Below are positions 54,392 to 63,205 of a DNA stretch of 64,000 bases, in pieces. The position numbers and the translations under genes are program-made. The stretch spans positions 132,875 to 196,874 of the forward strand of contig CAYQMM010000002.1 of the NCBI GenBank assembly GCA_964418675.1, written 5' to 3'. The notes below the pieces were generated by a model, which was given only the letters and a program-made list of their open reading frames with translations, made no database searches and had not been told where the DNA came from. The stretch is from an uncultured Candidatus Bathyarchaeia archaeon (GTDB lineage Archaea; Thermoproteota; Bathyarchaeia; Bathyarchaeales; Bathyarchaeaceae). Each line of letters begins with the position of its first letter. Within the stretch, counting starts at the first letter, position 1.

Positions 54392-55516
54392 TCATGTCTG
54401 TGCTGTCACTAGAGTTTTCTGTTTATTTCGGTCTGATTTGAAGTCGTCTAGCCAACCGGCTTTTGCATTTATTTTTCGCTTGAATATTTTACCCAAGTTT
54501 TTTCTGTTTTTGGCTTGATGGTATTTGAAGTAAACTTCATTGTCAACAATTCCCATTATCTGTATTTTGCCAGTCCTGTGGGACATGATGTATCTGAAGC
54601 GTTTACTGGGACCATTGCATCTTGCTTTCGCTTTTTCGATAATGTTGACGCCTTCACATATTGGAACTTGGAACTGCTTTTTAACTCTCTTGACGGGTCT
54701 GCACTGAAAAACATAGTAAGGATTAACACCGATGCCTACTAGTCTGTTCATCAGTTCTGCAAGTGTTTCAGCGCTGTCGTTGACTCCTTTCAGCAGAACT
54801 GTCTGGTTGTTAACTATCACCCCTGATTTAGTAAGGTTGTCTACAGCCTCGATTGACTGTTTAGTTATCTCATTTGGATGGTTGAATTGGGTGACAACCA
54901 ATAGCCTTCTTTCTGGAGTAGAATATTCTGCCAATAATTCCAGCAGTTCGTTGTCTCGGAATCTGGAAGGAAACGTGACTGGAGCCCTGCTACCGAATCT
55001 AATGAAATGAAGATGAGAAATGTCAGATAGCATCGCTAAGAAACGTTCAATAATCTCGTTAGGGAGCACAAGGGGGTCACCTCCAGAGATCAACACGTTA
55101 TTAATTTCTGTATGTTGCCGTATGTAACGCACTGGGGCTTTGAAATCTTCAATTATCTCTCTAGTTCCTCGTCGTCCAACGAGTCGTTTTCTAAAGCAAT
55201 GCCTGCAATACATTGCACATCTGTTTGTGGCGAGTATCAGTGCAGTTTCAGAGTATTTGTGTTGTAGCCCCCGCAGTTTTGTATTTTCCACTTCGCCGCT
55301 GGTATCATAGGAACCTTGAAGGCTCAATTCGCCTAGTGAGGGAATAGCCATTTTTCTTATGGGATCAGCGGGATTGCTCCAATCGATAAGCGACATGTAG
55401 TAAGGAGTTACTTTCATGGGGTGTCTTGCAGTAACTCGTTCAAGTTTTTTCTTTTCATCAAGTGATAGATCAACATGCTTGCTTAACTGCTCAATTGAAC
55501 ATATCGTTTCGCTCAT
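54392..55516 (-). CDS. KamA family radical SAM protein (lysine 2,3-aminomutase-like)
   Basis: CAMYCRHCFRKR (CxxxCxxC) preceded by HKYSETALILATNR, then ISGGDPL. Confidence 0.85.
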   Translation of the reverse strand: MSETICSIEQLSKHVDLSLDEKKKLERVTARHPMKVTPYYMSLIDWSNPADPIRKMAIPSLGELSLQGSYDTSGEVENTKLRGLQHKYSETALILATNRCAMYCRHCFRKRLVGRRGTREIIEDFKAPVRYIRQHTEINNVLISGGDPLVLPNEIIERFLAMLSDISHLHFIRFGSRAPVTFPSRFRDNELLELLAEYSTPERRLLVVTQFNHPNEITKQSIEAVDNLTKSGVIVNNQTVLLKGVNDSAETLAELMNRLVGIGVNPYYVFQCRPVKRVKKQFQVPICEGVNIIEKAKARCNGPSKRFRYIMSHRTGKIQIMGIVDNEVYFKYHQAKNRKNLGKIFKRKINAKAGWLDDFKSDRNKQKTLVTAQT

Positions 55517-56029
55517 TTACTTCTCATCTCTTTCCGAATTATTCCCAAATCGCTCAGTTACCGTGTTTGCTTTTGCCTGTAAAATTCGCCACGAAGTTCG
55601 ACCAATATCATAAACAAAGACAAAGATTACTCCAACGGCAACAATTGTTATCGCTGCCACCACTCCGGTTCCGATGTTGACAGAAATTTTCAAAAGAGGG
55701 ATTATGGCAGCAAGTGCCAAAATTATACCTATGATAACAACCAAATCTTTTGTCACTCTGTCTCTGGACGACGGTTTTTTCATGCCCAAATGCGTGATTA
55801 GAAGACCTATTGCCTTGTCGGCTATAACTAGAACAGTGGATAATGCTCGTATCAGAAAAACTCCTGCAACAAGGACAAAAATTAGCCACGATAAATAACC
55901 TAGCCCCTCAGTTATCGTGTCCAATAGGAGCGAAGAGAAGAAGCCTAATGTCCCAAAAACCAAGGCTAGAGTCGTGTTAGCTAATAAACTAGGAAGTTTA
56001 TCCCTGAATTCTTTATGGAGAGAGTCCAC
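55517..56029 (-). CDS. small multi-pass membrane protein
   Basis: 170-aa hydrophobic ORF. Its stop abuts the KamA-family start with no gap. Confidence 0.45.
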   Translation of the reverse strand: MDSLHKEFRDKLPSLLANTTLALVFGTLGFFSSLLLDTITEGLGYLSWLIFVLVAGVFLIRALSTVLVIADKAIGLLITHLGMKKPSSRDRVTKDLVVIIGIILALAAIIPLLKISVNIGTGVVAAITIVAVGVIFVFVYDIGRTSWRILQAKANTVTERFGNNSERDEK

Positions 56030-56404
56030 ACTTATCCAATCCTAACTACAACCTCTTTCTACAGTATCGAATTTCTAATCGCACGAGTTACGAAGTAATT
56101 GTGTGCGTAACGTTATCGACAACTACTGGAAATGAAGTATGTTTTCATATTCTCGCGGGAGTTTATAACCTTTAACCCTGACAAGGGCTATACCTAACCA
56201 ACTCACGAAACATCGTTTTTAGACATAAGTTTATTGTTTTATGCCTTTTTTTAACTAAATAATCGTATTAAACTGTAATAAAGACTTATAAAATATGCTG
56301 AGAATATTCTATATGTGGAAGGTAAGCCAATAGAGTGTTATGAGCCCTTCTTAGGTAGTGCTTGCCTTTGTATGAGGGGGAGATGCTGTCAATCAGCTTA
56401 AATT

Positions 56405-56611
56405 ATGGAGGAAACAGACCTGGGAAAAGTGAGACCTGATCATGTGAAGAGGTTAGCACGAGAGCTGGTGGAGAGGTTTCCAGATAGATTCACATCAGAT
56501 TTTGAGAACAACAAAAAGTTAGTGGATGCTCTCACCAACGTTTCATCAACAAAAATTAGAAACAGAGTGGCAGGATACGCTGTTCGATTGATAGCCAAAA
56601 AAGGAGACTAG
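56405..56611 (+). CDS. rps17e: 30S ribosomal protein S17e
   Basis: GKVRPDHVKRLARELVERFPDRFTSDFENNKKLV...KIRNRVAGY. Confidence 0.9.
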   Translation: MEETDLGKVRPDHVKRLARELVERFPDRFTSDFENNKKLVDALTNVSSTKIRNRVAGYAVRLIAKKGD

Positions 56612-56635
56612 CGTCTTTAGCTTAAGTCATTCCTT

Positions 56636-56878
56636 TTGGAAGTGTTAGATATGAATTTGGAAAAGCTGAGTAGAATAGAAAGGAAAACATACGATTTCAT
56701 AAAAGATGTGGAGGAGATCCAGACCAGAAACTTACCCAATAGAAGGATGTTTGGAGCAATCCCCAGCCTGAAGAACAAAGGATTAGTTGAGGTTTACAAA
56801 AAGTACACCAGCAATTTTCGACGAAAGAAAAAGAAGTTCGTAAAAATAAGAAACAACAAGAATTCTTCTGAAGATTAA
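56636..56878 (+). CDS. small basic protein, possible winged helix
   Basis: 80-aa ORF with RIERKTYDFIKD... and a Lys-rich tail. Confidence 0.4.
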   Translation: MEVLDMNLEKLSRIERKTYDFIKDVEEIQTRNLPNRRMFGAIPSLKNKGLVEVYKKYTSNFRRKKKKFVKIRNNKNSSED

Positions 56879-57105
56879 TGGTCCAAAAGCGCACATGTTG
56901 CTATTGACGATGAAAAATAATGAAAATGCCGCTTCGTTAATTAATGTTTCAATGGGTTGCTCTTATCTCGCTTCAGCCGCTGGACATTTCAACCTTTGCT
57001 TCATTAGAGTTGTTATTGTTTCATGGCATTACTGTTTACTTATTAAACCAAAATCTTTAAGAAGCGCTTCTATTCATTGAGCATGGTAAATCGGATGTAA
57101 ATGAA

Positions 57106-57633
57106 ATGTCAGTTGAAGAGTCACCTGAAAATGAAGAGTTGGTGAAGGTAGAAACGCTGACCCCAAATTCGAGGGGCGTCAACACTATTGTGAAGGTAGT
57201 TTCTAAAAGTGAAGTCAGAAGCGTCACGGGCAGAGATTATTCTGTTCGCAGAGTTGCAGATGCCTTGGTGGGAGACGAAACAGCAAGCGTATACATGACC
57301 CTATGGGATGACAAAATAGACGCGATAAACGACGATGCCACCCTGCGCATCACTAACGGTTACGTAAACCTCTTCAGAGGAAACATGCGCCTAAACATAG
57401 GAAAGTATGGCAGTTATGAGGTTCTTGAAGATTCACCGATCACTGAAGTCAACACCGAGAACAACTTGTCAGATAAACGATACGAGCAGGAGAGACGATT
57501 TGGAAGAGGCGGCGGATATGGCGGACGAGGCGGTGGACGAGGCGGCGGCTACGGTGGCGGAAGAAGTGGCGGCTACGGCGGCGGTGGACGAGGCGGCGGA
57601 AGAAGCGGCGGATACCAGCGAAGAAGATACTAA
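57106..57633 (+). CDS. ssb: single-stranded DNA-binding protein (crenarchaeal single-OB type) with Gly/Arg-rich tail
   Basis: VGDETASVYMTLWDDKIDAINDDATLRITNGYVNLFRGNMRLNIG parallels S. solfataricus SSB ([45 protein letters not shown]). The C-terminus carries RGG/YGG repeats. Confidence 0.85.
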   Translation: MSVEESPENEELVKVETLTPNSRGVNTIVKVVSKSEVRSVTGRDYSVRRVADALVGDETASVYMTLWDDKIDAINDDATLRITNGYVNLFRGNMRLNIGKYGSYEVLEDSPITEVNTENNLSDKRYEQERRFGRGGGYGGRGGGRGGGYGGGRSGGYGGGGRGGGRSGGYQRRRY

Positions 57634-57649
57634 AACTTTCTTCCCTCTA

Positions 57650-57663
57650 TTTTTTTCTTTTTT
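57650..57663 (+). terminator. oligo-T tract (TTTTTTTCTTTTTT)
   Basis: Begins 17 nt after the ssb stop. Confidence 0.5.
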
Positions 57664-57699
57664 CTGTTGGCTACGTTAGAATAGTTGATGCTCTGCGTC

Positions 57700-58746
57700 T
57701 CAGCAAGTCGTCAAATCGTTCACGTTGGTTGTCTTAGGGGTTTTTTTGAAGAGTTGATAAATTTGTCCAATGCAGAAGGAGAGGGTTCTGAAGATGTCAA
57801 TGATGGGGTATATGATTATTCTAGCGAATTTTTTGTTTTGGAACGCTCTGTATGCGTAGACTGACATTACCATAATCAAAGGTACGCCTGTGAACCCGAA
57901 TAGTAGCCAGCGGAAAAGGCTGGAATTTAAGGTGAGAGTTAGAAACGTCAGGGAGCCGGTTATTAACAGCCAACTTATGAATCCCATTAATCCGAGAAAG
58001 GACCATTTGGAGACGGCGTCTCTCAGTTTTTTCCGTTTAAGCACCACACCGCTTCCTTTGCCGTACTGAAAGTTTTGCTTCAGAAACTCTTTAAGGGTTG
58101 ACCTGTGCTTGTGCCAGACTAAAACGTCGGGGTCCAGAACCATCTTGTAACCAGCCTTGCATACTCTGTCGGCGAACTCAACTTCGTCGAAGCCATATTG
58201 GATGTTTTCGTCAAAGTATCCAACTTCTTCGGCTACTTTTCGTCTAAAAGCCATGTTGCATCCTGCTGGATGGCGGAAGAAGGGTTTTACCTTTTCAAGT
58301 TCTTCCCGTTTCGTGAAGAAGGGCATCAGCCGTACTATGCTGTTATCGGCGTATTGGGAGATGAAGTCGTCGTCAAGGGCTTTTGCGCTTCCGCCTACAC
58401 AGGTAACTTGGGGGTCTTTGAAGTTCTCGGCGATTTTTGTTATCCAGTTGCTGGGCACTACGCAGTCGGAGTCGGTGAAGGCTACTATCTCGCCGTTGCC
58501 GCATCTTATTCCGGTGTTTCTTGCGATGTTTAGTCCTTTTCTTTTTTCAACAATCAGTTTCACAGGGTATTTTTTGACTATTTCCCGGGTTTTGTCTGTT
58601 GAGTTTCCATCGACTACAATCACTTCTACCTTTTTTCTGTCGTAGTCCAGCTTTTGAAGGGACTCCAGTAAGGACTGGATGGTCTGTTCTCCGTTTCGTA
58701 CTGGCACGACGACAGTGACTGAGGGGAGTGTTTTGTAGTCTTCCAT
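57700..58746 (-). CDS. GT2 family glycosyltransferase with C-terminal TM segments
   Basis: VTVVVPVRNGEQTI, VVDGNSTD and FTDSDCVV (the DxD region). Confidence 0.85.
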   Translation of the reverse strand: MEDYKTLPSVTVVVPVRNGEQTIQSLLESLQKLDYDRKKVEVIVVDGNSTDKTREIVKKYPVKLIVEKRKGLNIARNTGIRCGNGEIVAFTDSDCVVPSNWITKIAENFKDPQVTCVGGSAKALDDDFISQYADNSIVRLMPFFTKREELEKVKPFFRHPAGCNMAFRRKVAEEVGYFDENIQYGFDEVEFADRVCKAGYKMVLDPDVLVWHKHRSTLKEFLKQNFQYGKGSGVVLKRKKLRDAVSKWSFLGLMGFISWLLITGSLTFLTLTLNSSLFRWLLFGFTGVPLIMVMSVYAYRAFQNKKFARIIIYPIIDIFRTLSFCIGQIYQLFKKTPKTTNVNDLTTC

Positions 58747-58861
58747 TAAAATCGCTTCTCTCTTCTACGTAAGCGTAGAATCCATTGAGGCAATTTATTG
58801 TTTACGCCAAAAAAGGCTTTAAGTAAAGCTTAATAATCGTTTATGAAACGAGAAAAGGTGC

Positions 58862-59929
58862 TTGAGCCTAGTTAAAGCTTGGTTCCCCATGGTGGTATGT
58901 GTGTCCAGAGAGAGCAGGGGTTGTCCTTCCGTTTCGGTTGTGGTCGTAAACTTTAATGGGAGAGAACTGCTGAGGCAATGTTTGCTCACTCTTTTGGATA
59001 CGGATTATCCTAATTATGAAATTGTCGTTGTTGATAACGCTTCGACGGATGGGAGCATCGCGGAGATAGAGAAGTATTTTGGTTCGGATTCTCGCATAAA
59101 ACTTGTCCGAAACAGCGAGAATGTGGGGCATGCTGAAGGCTGCAACATCGGAGCGCGTGTGACTACGGGGCGCTATCTTGTTTTTTTGGATAGTGACACA
59201 GAATTCAGGGCTGAGGATTGGCTTTGGGAATTGGTGCGGGTTATGGAGGGCGATGAGAGTGTGGGGTTGGCGCAGGCTAAGCTGGTGTTGGCTGAGGACA
59301 AAGGTTGTTTAGATTATGTTTGTACTGGTGTTGATGCCTTGGGAACGTGGGCTGCAACCTATGGGTCTAAGGAGGAAGGGCTCAAAGAGAATTTTGAGAT
59401 TTTGGCAGCCTCTTCGGGTTGCTGTATTGTCCGGAGGAAGGTTTTCGATGAGGCTGGAGGCTTTGACCCCGACTACTTCATTTACGATGATGACACTGAC
59501 CTTTCTCTTCGGGCGAGGCTGCTGGGCTACCGGGTGCTGCTGGTTCCTTCTGCCGTGGTGATCCATCGTGGCGGCGTCTTGAGAGGCTTGAATAGTAGAA
59601 CCCTTTATCATTCTTCTAAGAATCGGGTGCGGACTGCCCTTAAGAATTACGAGCTGAAGAATGCATGGTGGAGGTTTTCAGTCCTATCTTTTTTCACGTT
59701 TGTGGTTTCTGTCGGTTTTGTTGTTTTGGGGAAGAGTAATGAGGCTAAGGCGACCTTCAGGGGATTGCTGAGTCCGGTGAAGGATTTTCGGAGGATATGG
59801 AAGAAAAGGCTTTTGCTTCAGTCCAAGAGGCGCGTAAGAGACCGCGAGCTTGTCAGCATGGGCTTCATAAGAAACGACTTTCGGTCCACCCTCCAGGACT
59901 TCAAGATAAAACTGAAACACATGCACTAG
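58862..59929 (+). CDS. GT2 family glycosyltransferase (rhamnosyltransferase-like)
   Basis: VSVVVVNFNG, VVDNASTDGS, FLDSDTE and YDDDTDLSLR. ATG 58889 is an alternative start. Confidence 0.85.
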   Translation: MSLVKAWFPMVVCVSRESRGCPSVSVVVVNFNGRELLRQCLLTLLDTDYPNYEIVVVDNASTDGSIAEIEKYFGSDSRIKLVRNSENVGHAEGCNIGARVTTGRYLVFLDSDTEFRAEDWLWELVRVMEGDESVGLAQAKLVLAEDKGCLDYVCTGVDALGTWAATYGSKEEGLKENFEILAASSGCCIVRRKVFDEAGGFDPDYFIYDDDTDLSLRARLLGYRVLLVPSAVVIHRGGVLRGLNSRTLYHSSKNRVRTALKNYELKNAWWRFSVLSFFTFVVSVGFVVLGKSNEAKATFRGLLSPVKDFRRIWKKRLLLQSKRRVRDRELVSMGFIRNDFRSTLQDFKIKLKHMH

Positions 59930-60028
59930 AACCTTATCGCGGTATTTTCCAGAAAGTACTGTTTTCAACATAGCACTGCTAATAGACACCAAATATGAAT
60001 TGTCTCGAAAATTTTGATGAGAATTAGA

Positions 60029-60106
60029 TGGTGGACGGGGCGGGATTTGAACCCGCGGCTTCAGCGATGCCAACGCTGCGATCATTCCAGGCTGATCTAC
60101 CCGCCC
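60029..60106 (-). tRNA. tRNA-Ala(GGC) with encoded CCA
   Basis: Minus strand reads GGGCGGG-TA-GATC-AGCCTGGAAT-GATC-G-CAGCG-TTGGCAT-CGCTG-AAGCC-GCGGG-TTCAAAT-CCCGC-CCCGTCC-A-CCA. The G3:U70 alanine identity pair is present. Confidence 0.9.
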
Positions 60107-60208
60107 ACGACACTAACCCGATAAGAAACCTATTAAGCATTATGGGAAAAGAAGAAAGGGCAAACTGAAACTTAAATAAGAGAAAACAATCCTAAAGGAG
60201 AAGCTGTA

Positions 60209-60285
60209 GGGCCGGTCGTCTAGTTGGTTAGGACATCTGCTTGACGTGCAGAAGGTCGCCGGTTCAAATCCGGTCCGGCCCACCA
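60209..60285 (+). tRNA. tRNA-Val(GAC) with encoded CCA
   Basis: GGGCCGG-TC-GTCT-AGTTGGTTA-GGAC-A-TCTGC-TTGACGT-GCAGA-AGGTC-GCCGG-TTCAAAT-CCGGT-CCGGCCC-A-CCA. Confidence 0.9.
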
Positions 60286-60328
60286 TTCGTTCTTATGGAA
60301 AATGATTTACTCTATAACTTAGAAATGT

Positions 60329-60559
60329 ATGGTTTGTGATTTGGCGATGTCGGGTGTTGAAGTTTCGAAGGAGCAGAGAGAGAAGCAGGTGCATGCGTGT
60401 GCATCCTGCATGAACACTGTTGTACAAACGTTTAGCTATTTTCAGGAACAGATTAAGACTTTGAAGAGCGAGAAGGCAAATCTTCAGGAAGAAATCAGAG
60501 TTCTGGAAGAAGAGAATGCTAAGCTAAAGAAACAATCAGCATCCCGAAAGAGTCGCTAG
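60329..60559 (+). CDS. small coiled-coil protein with CxxC
   Basis: 76-aa ORF with CASC followed by a heptad-like KTLKSEKANLQEEIRVLEEENAKLKK. Confidence 0.4.
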   Translation: MVCDLAMSGVEVSKEQREKQVHACASCMNTVVQTFSYFQEQIKTLKSEKANLQEEIRVLEEENAKLKKQSASRKSR

Positions 60560-60629
60560 GCAAGTTGCTTTTTATGCCTCTTTCCGGTTCTTCTTCTGCA
60601 CCAGCCTAACTTATGTGCTGGGTAATAGC

Positions 60630-60827
60630 CTATTTTTTAACTCTCTTTTTCAGAAATTGCCATACAGCCAGAACAGTAAGAACCACTATAATAGACGCCA
60701 CCAAGGTTATACTCAATAGAAGAGAATCATAACCAATTGCCTGAAAGACAAAATGGAAAATCACCTGCAGCACAAACATTACGTAAATGCCCCACGCTGC
60801 AAGTTTAATAGCAGTATCCGAACTCAT
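60630..60827 (-). CDS. small two-TM membrane protein
   Basis: 65-aa hydrophobic ORF. Confidence 0.35.
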   Translation of the reverse strand: MSSDTAIKLAAWGIYVMFVLQVIFHFVFQAIGYDSLLLSITLVASIIVVLTVLAVWQFLKKRVKK

Positions 60828-60988
60828 GTCCTCTCAGAAACTTGTACCCTTTCTACCAAATGTAAAAGTTATGAATTGAGAATTCTGATACATACACGAT
60901 ACAACCCCATTATTTCACGTTTCATATTGTTGAAAAACAGCTTTTTCCAGCAATCCTGTACACATCACCTGAACTGTAGGATGTTGTT

Positions 60989-62134
60989 TTAAAGGAACCT
61001 GCCGAACAGCAATCTGTATATTCTGTGTTCTAGGATTGTTAGGGTTTTGGCTCTTCCGAAGATGCGGAAGTAGTTTTTTCCCATGGCTTCAATCATGTCT
61101 CCTATGTCATATCTGGGGAAAAGGCAAGACGAGATTAGTAGTCGTCCCCATTCGCCCCTCTTAAGTTCATGAAGCATCTTCACTCCCTTGCCTGTCTCAA
61201 CCTCAAAATAGTACACGTCATAATTGGGTGAAACATAGGGCAGATCATCAAGTTGCTGCGCAAACGCTCCCTCCGTGGCGCTGTACATCTCAACTATGGG
61301 AACCTCACCGAAATATTTCCTGAGAGCAGGCCCGTACTTGTAGTGTATCTTTCTGACGCTGGTGCAGACAAGGACTTTGAAATTCCACAGGTCTTTAGGT
61401 TTCTTCCCATGTCTCCCATTAACGTATCTGGCGAATGACAAAATCACCGGCGTTACACCAATGGTTGCCACTACCGGCTGGTTCAACGCTCGCTCATAGA
61501 CTAACTCGAACCTCTTCTCCCAATCTGATTTGGTGATGCCGGGACCCAGCGCGTCTATCTCTTCCTGTCGGGGCAGAAGGCTGACCTGATTCAGCATGGG
61601 ATTGAGTTTCGCGTAGGTTCCAGAACTGTACCCATAGGTAATTTTTTCTCCATCCGCCTCTAGGGTAGTTACTGCTGAAGGAAAGTTAAGATTCAATATT
61701 CTCCCTGTCAAGGTCTCCAAAGCATTCTTTCGGAGAGCATAGTTAATTATGGCTCGTGCTCCGCAACCAAAAATTTGTTCAATATGAGTCTTTGTAACTG
61801 GAAGAACCTTGGCAGTGCCTGTAGAACCTCGAGTCATGACCCAGCATAAAGGAGGCTCAGACAATATTGCGGAGTAGTTGCCGGTCTTCACTTCTTCAAG
61901 GTATGGGCGAAGGTCATCATAGCTTATCTTTGGAAAGTTTGCCCGAAATGCAGAGCCGTCTTCCACTTGGAGAACTGAATGTTTTTTTCCATAAAGTGTT
62001 TTGGCGTAGCCTTCCAGCAGGACCTTAAGGGTTCGCTGCTGTGCTTCGGCGGGGTTCTTTAAGGCTTCATACCAGGGATTAACGATCTGCTTCAGGATGT
62101 CTACTCCAATCATTGCTGCCCCATCGACCAACAT
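60989..62134 (-). CDS. GH3-family / ANL-superfamily adenylate-forming enzyme, apparently lacking the C-terminal subdomain
   Basis: FPKISYDDLRPYLEEV, WVMTRGSTGTAKVLPVT, YSATEGAFAQQ, RYDIGDMIE and FGRAK fit the GH3 pattern. The ORF stops 17 aa after the hinge GR motif. Confidence 0.6.
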   Translation of the reverse strand: MLVDGAAMIGVDILKQIVNPWYEALKNPAEAQQRTLKVLLEGYAKTLYGKKHSVLQVEDGSAFRANFPKISYDDLRPYLEEVKTGNYSAILSEPPLCWVMTRGSTGTAKVLPVTKTHIEQIFGCGARAIINYALRKNALETLTGRILNLNFPSAVTTLEADGEKITYGYSSGTYAKLNPMLNQVSLLPRQEEIDALGPGITKSDWEKRFELVYERALNQPVVATIGVTPVILSFARYVNGRHGKKPKDLWNFKVLVCTSVRKIHYKYGPALRKYFGEVPIVEMYSATEGAFAQQLDDLPYVSPNYDVYYFEVETGKGVKMLHELKRGEWGRLLISSCLFPRYDIGDMIEAMGKNYFRIFGRAKTLTILEHRIYRLLFGRFL

Positions 62135-62177
62135 GAGATAACAGTACGGTGCCTTTGCGGGAAATGTTGTTTGGGCT

Positions 62178-62576
62178 TCAGGTTCTTGGATGTCTTCCCT
62201 TAGCCGTAACTATGCCTATCAATACTCCCACTATCACAATTACCCCAACTATGACTAAGACGAAGGGGAGGATTGACCGAAAAGCAATGACACCAGTTGT
62301 TGCGAGATAGGCCATAAAACCCACTAATATTAGGATTAAACCGCCAATCAACGGACCTATAATGCCGAACTCTCCCTTCTCATACTTCTCCGGCTGCTCC
62401 CCCTTCTCCGTTTTCTCGTCTTTTTCCCGTTTCTCCTGTTTCTCCCCCTTTTCACTTCTGTAGCTCACAGGCGGCATAGGTTCTTTAACCTTTAAAGCGG
62501 CGCCGCACTGGGGACAAAAGGTCATTTCTTCGCTGACTTTAGCGCCACACTTCGGGCAATATGACATAAAATTCAC
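62178..62576 (-). CDS. zinc-ribbon membrane protein with Glu/Lys repeat linker
   Basis: CPKCGAKV...CPQCGAAL, then the EKGEKQEKREKDEKTEKGEQPEKYEKGE linker and two TM helices. Confidence 0.55.
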   Translation of the reverse strand: MNFMSYCPKCGAKVSEEMTFCPQCGAALKVKEPMPPVSYRSEKGEKQEKREKDEKTEKGEQPEKYEKGEFGIIGPLIGGLILILVGFMAYLATTGVIAFRSILPFVLVIVGVIVIVGVLIGIVTAKGRHPRT

Positions 62577-62641
62577 CTTTATACAATTCTAATCAGATAT
62601 TATCTGACTGAGACGTATTTAAAATATACACTCGGAATTTT

Positions 62642-63175
62642 ATGAGAAATATTATAAGCGCATATTGCAAGAAACCAATTATCGAGGTGAATTACTTGAA
62701 CGAAAACAAGAAATCAGCCCCCATATTTGGAGAGAACGTCATCACCGCCATTTCCATCGGATTTTTCCTCGTTCTTGTGGGAATCCTCTTCGTAATCACC
62801 CCTAACCTCTTTGGCAAAATCATAGATTTATTCCGTGACTTTAAACTGGTTGATGTTCCAAATTCAGACTTGACACTTCCTGGACCAGTGTCTCCAGGTG
62901 ACTATACAGTGGTCTATGCTGCCGTAGCCCAATTCAGCTTCGCTATAGGTCTATTCCAAATCGTCGTCTTGGCACTAAGATTCCTCATCTCTTCTCCATG
63001 GGGAAAAAGGGCAGAAACAGTTGGAAACTTGGTTTTCTGGTTGGGAGCGGGATTTCTCATTCAGTCCTTCCTTCTCGAAACTACTCAATGGTTCGTTTTC
63101 TGGTCCACAATAATAATGATGCTTGGTGTTTCTCTGATTGCACGAGCTGGTGTTATGGCAGCTTCGCGCCTCTAA
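62642..63175 (+). CDS. multi-pass membrane protein
   Basis: 177-aa hydrophobic ORF, divergent from the zinc-ribbon gene. Confidence 0.45.
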   Translation: MRNIISAYCKKPIIEVNYLNENKKSAPIFGENVITAISIGFFLVLVGILFVITPNLFGKIIDLFRDFKLVDVPNSDLTLPGPVSPGDYTVVYAAVAQFSFAIGLFQIVVLALRFLISSPWGKRAETVGNLVFWLGAGFLIQSFLLETTQWFVFWSTIIMMLGVSLIARAGVMAASRL

Positions 63176-63205
63176 CTATCCGTCACGACTGTAGTCTGCT
63201 CAGCG

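Noticed and set aside
56030-56404. 375-bp intergenic gap, and other gaps (4273-4456, 5081-5326, 56879-57105), searched for C/D-box sRNAs and other small RNAs.
   Set aside because: No convincing RUGAUGA / CUGA box pairs at appropriate spacing and no strong conserved-looking structure were found by eye. Small RNAs cannot be excluded without covariance models or RNA-seq.
57407-57679. Alternate-frame 90-aa ORF and GGC-rich tandem repeat, considered as a microsatellite or CRISPR-like repeat.
   Set aside because: The repeat is the coding sequence of the SSB RGG tail. There is no repeat-spacer architecture.
59930-63205. tRNA-adjacent block of small hypothetical and membrane genes, considered as an integrated mobile element.
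   Set aside because: There is no integrase, no duplicated tRNA 3' half (att-like direct repeat) and no viral or plasmid hallmark genes.
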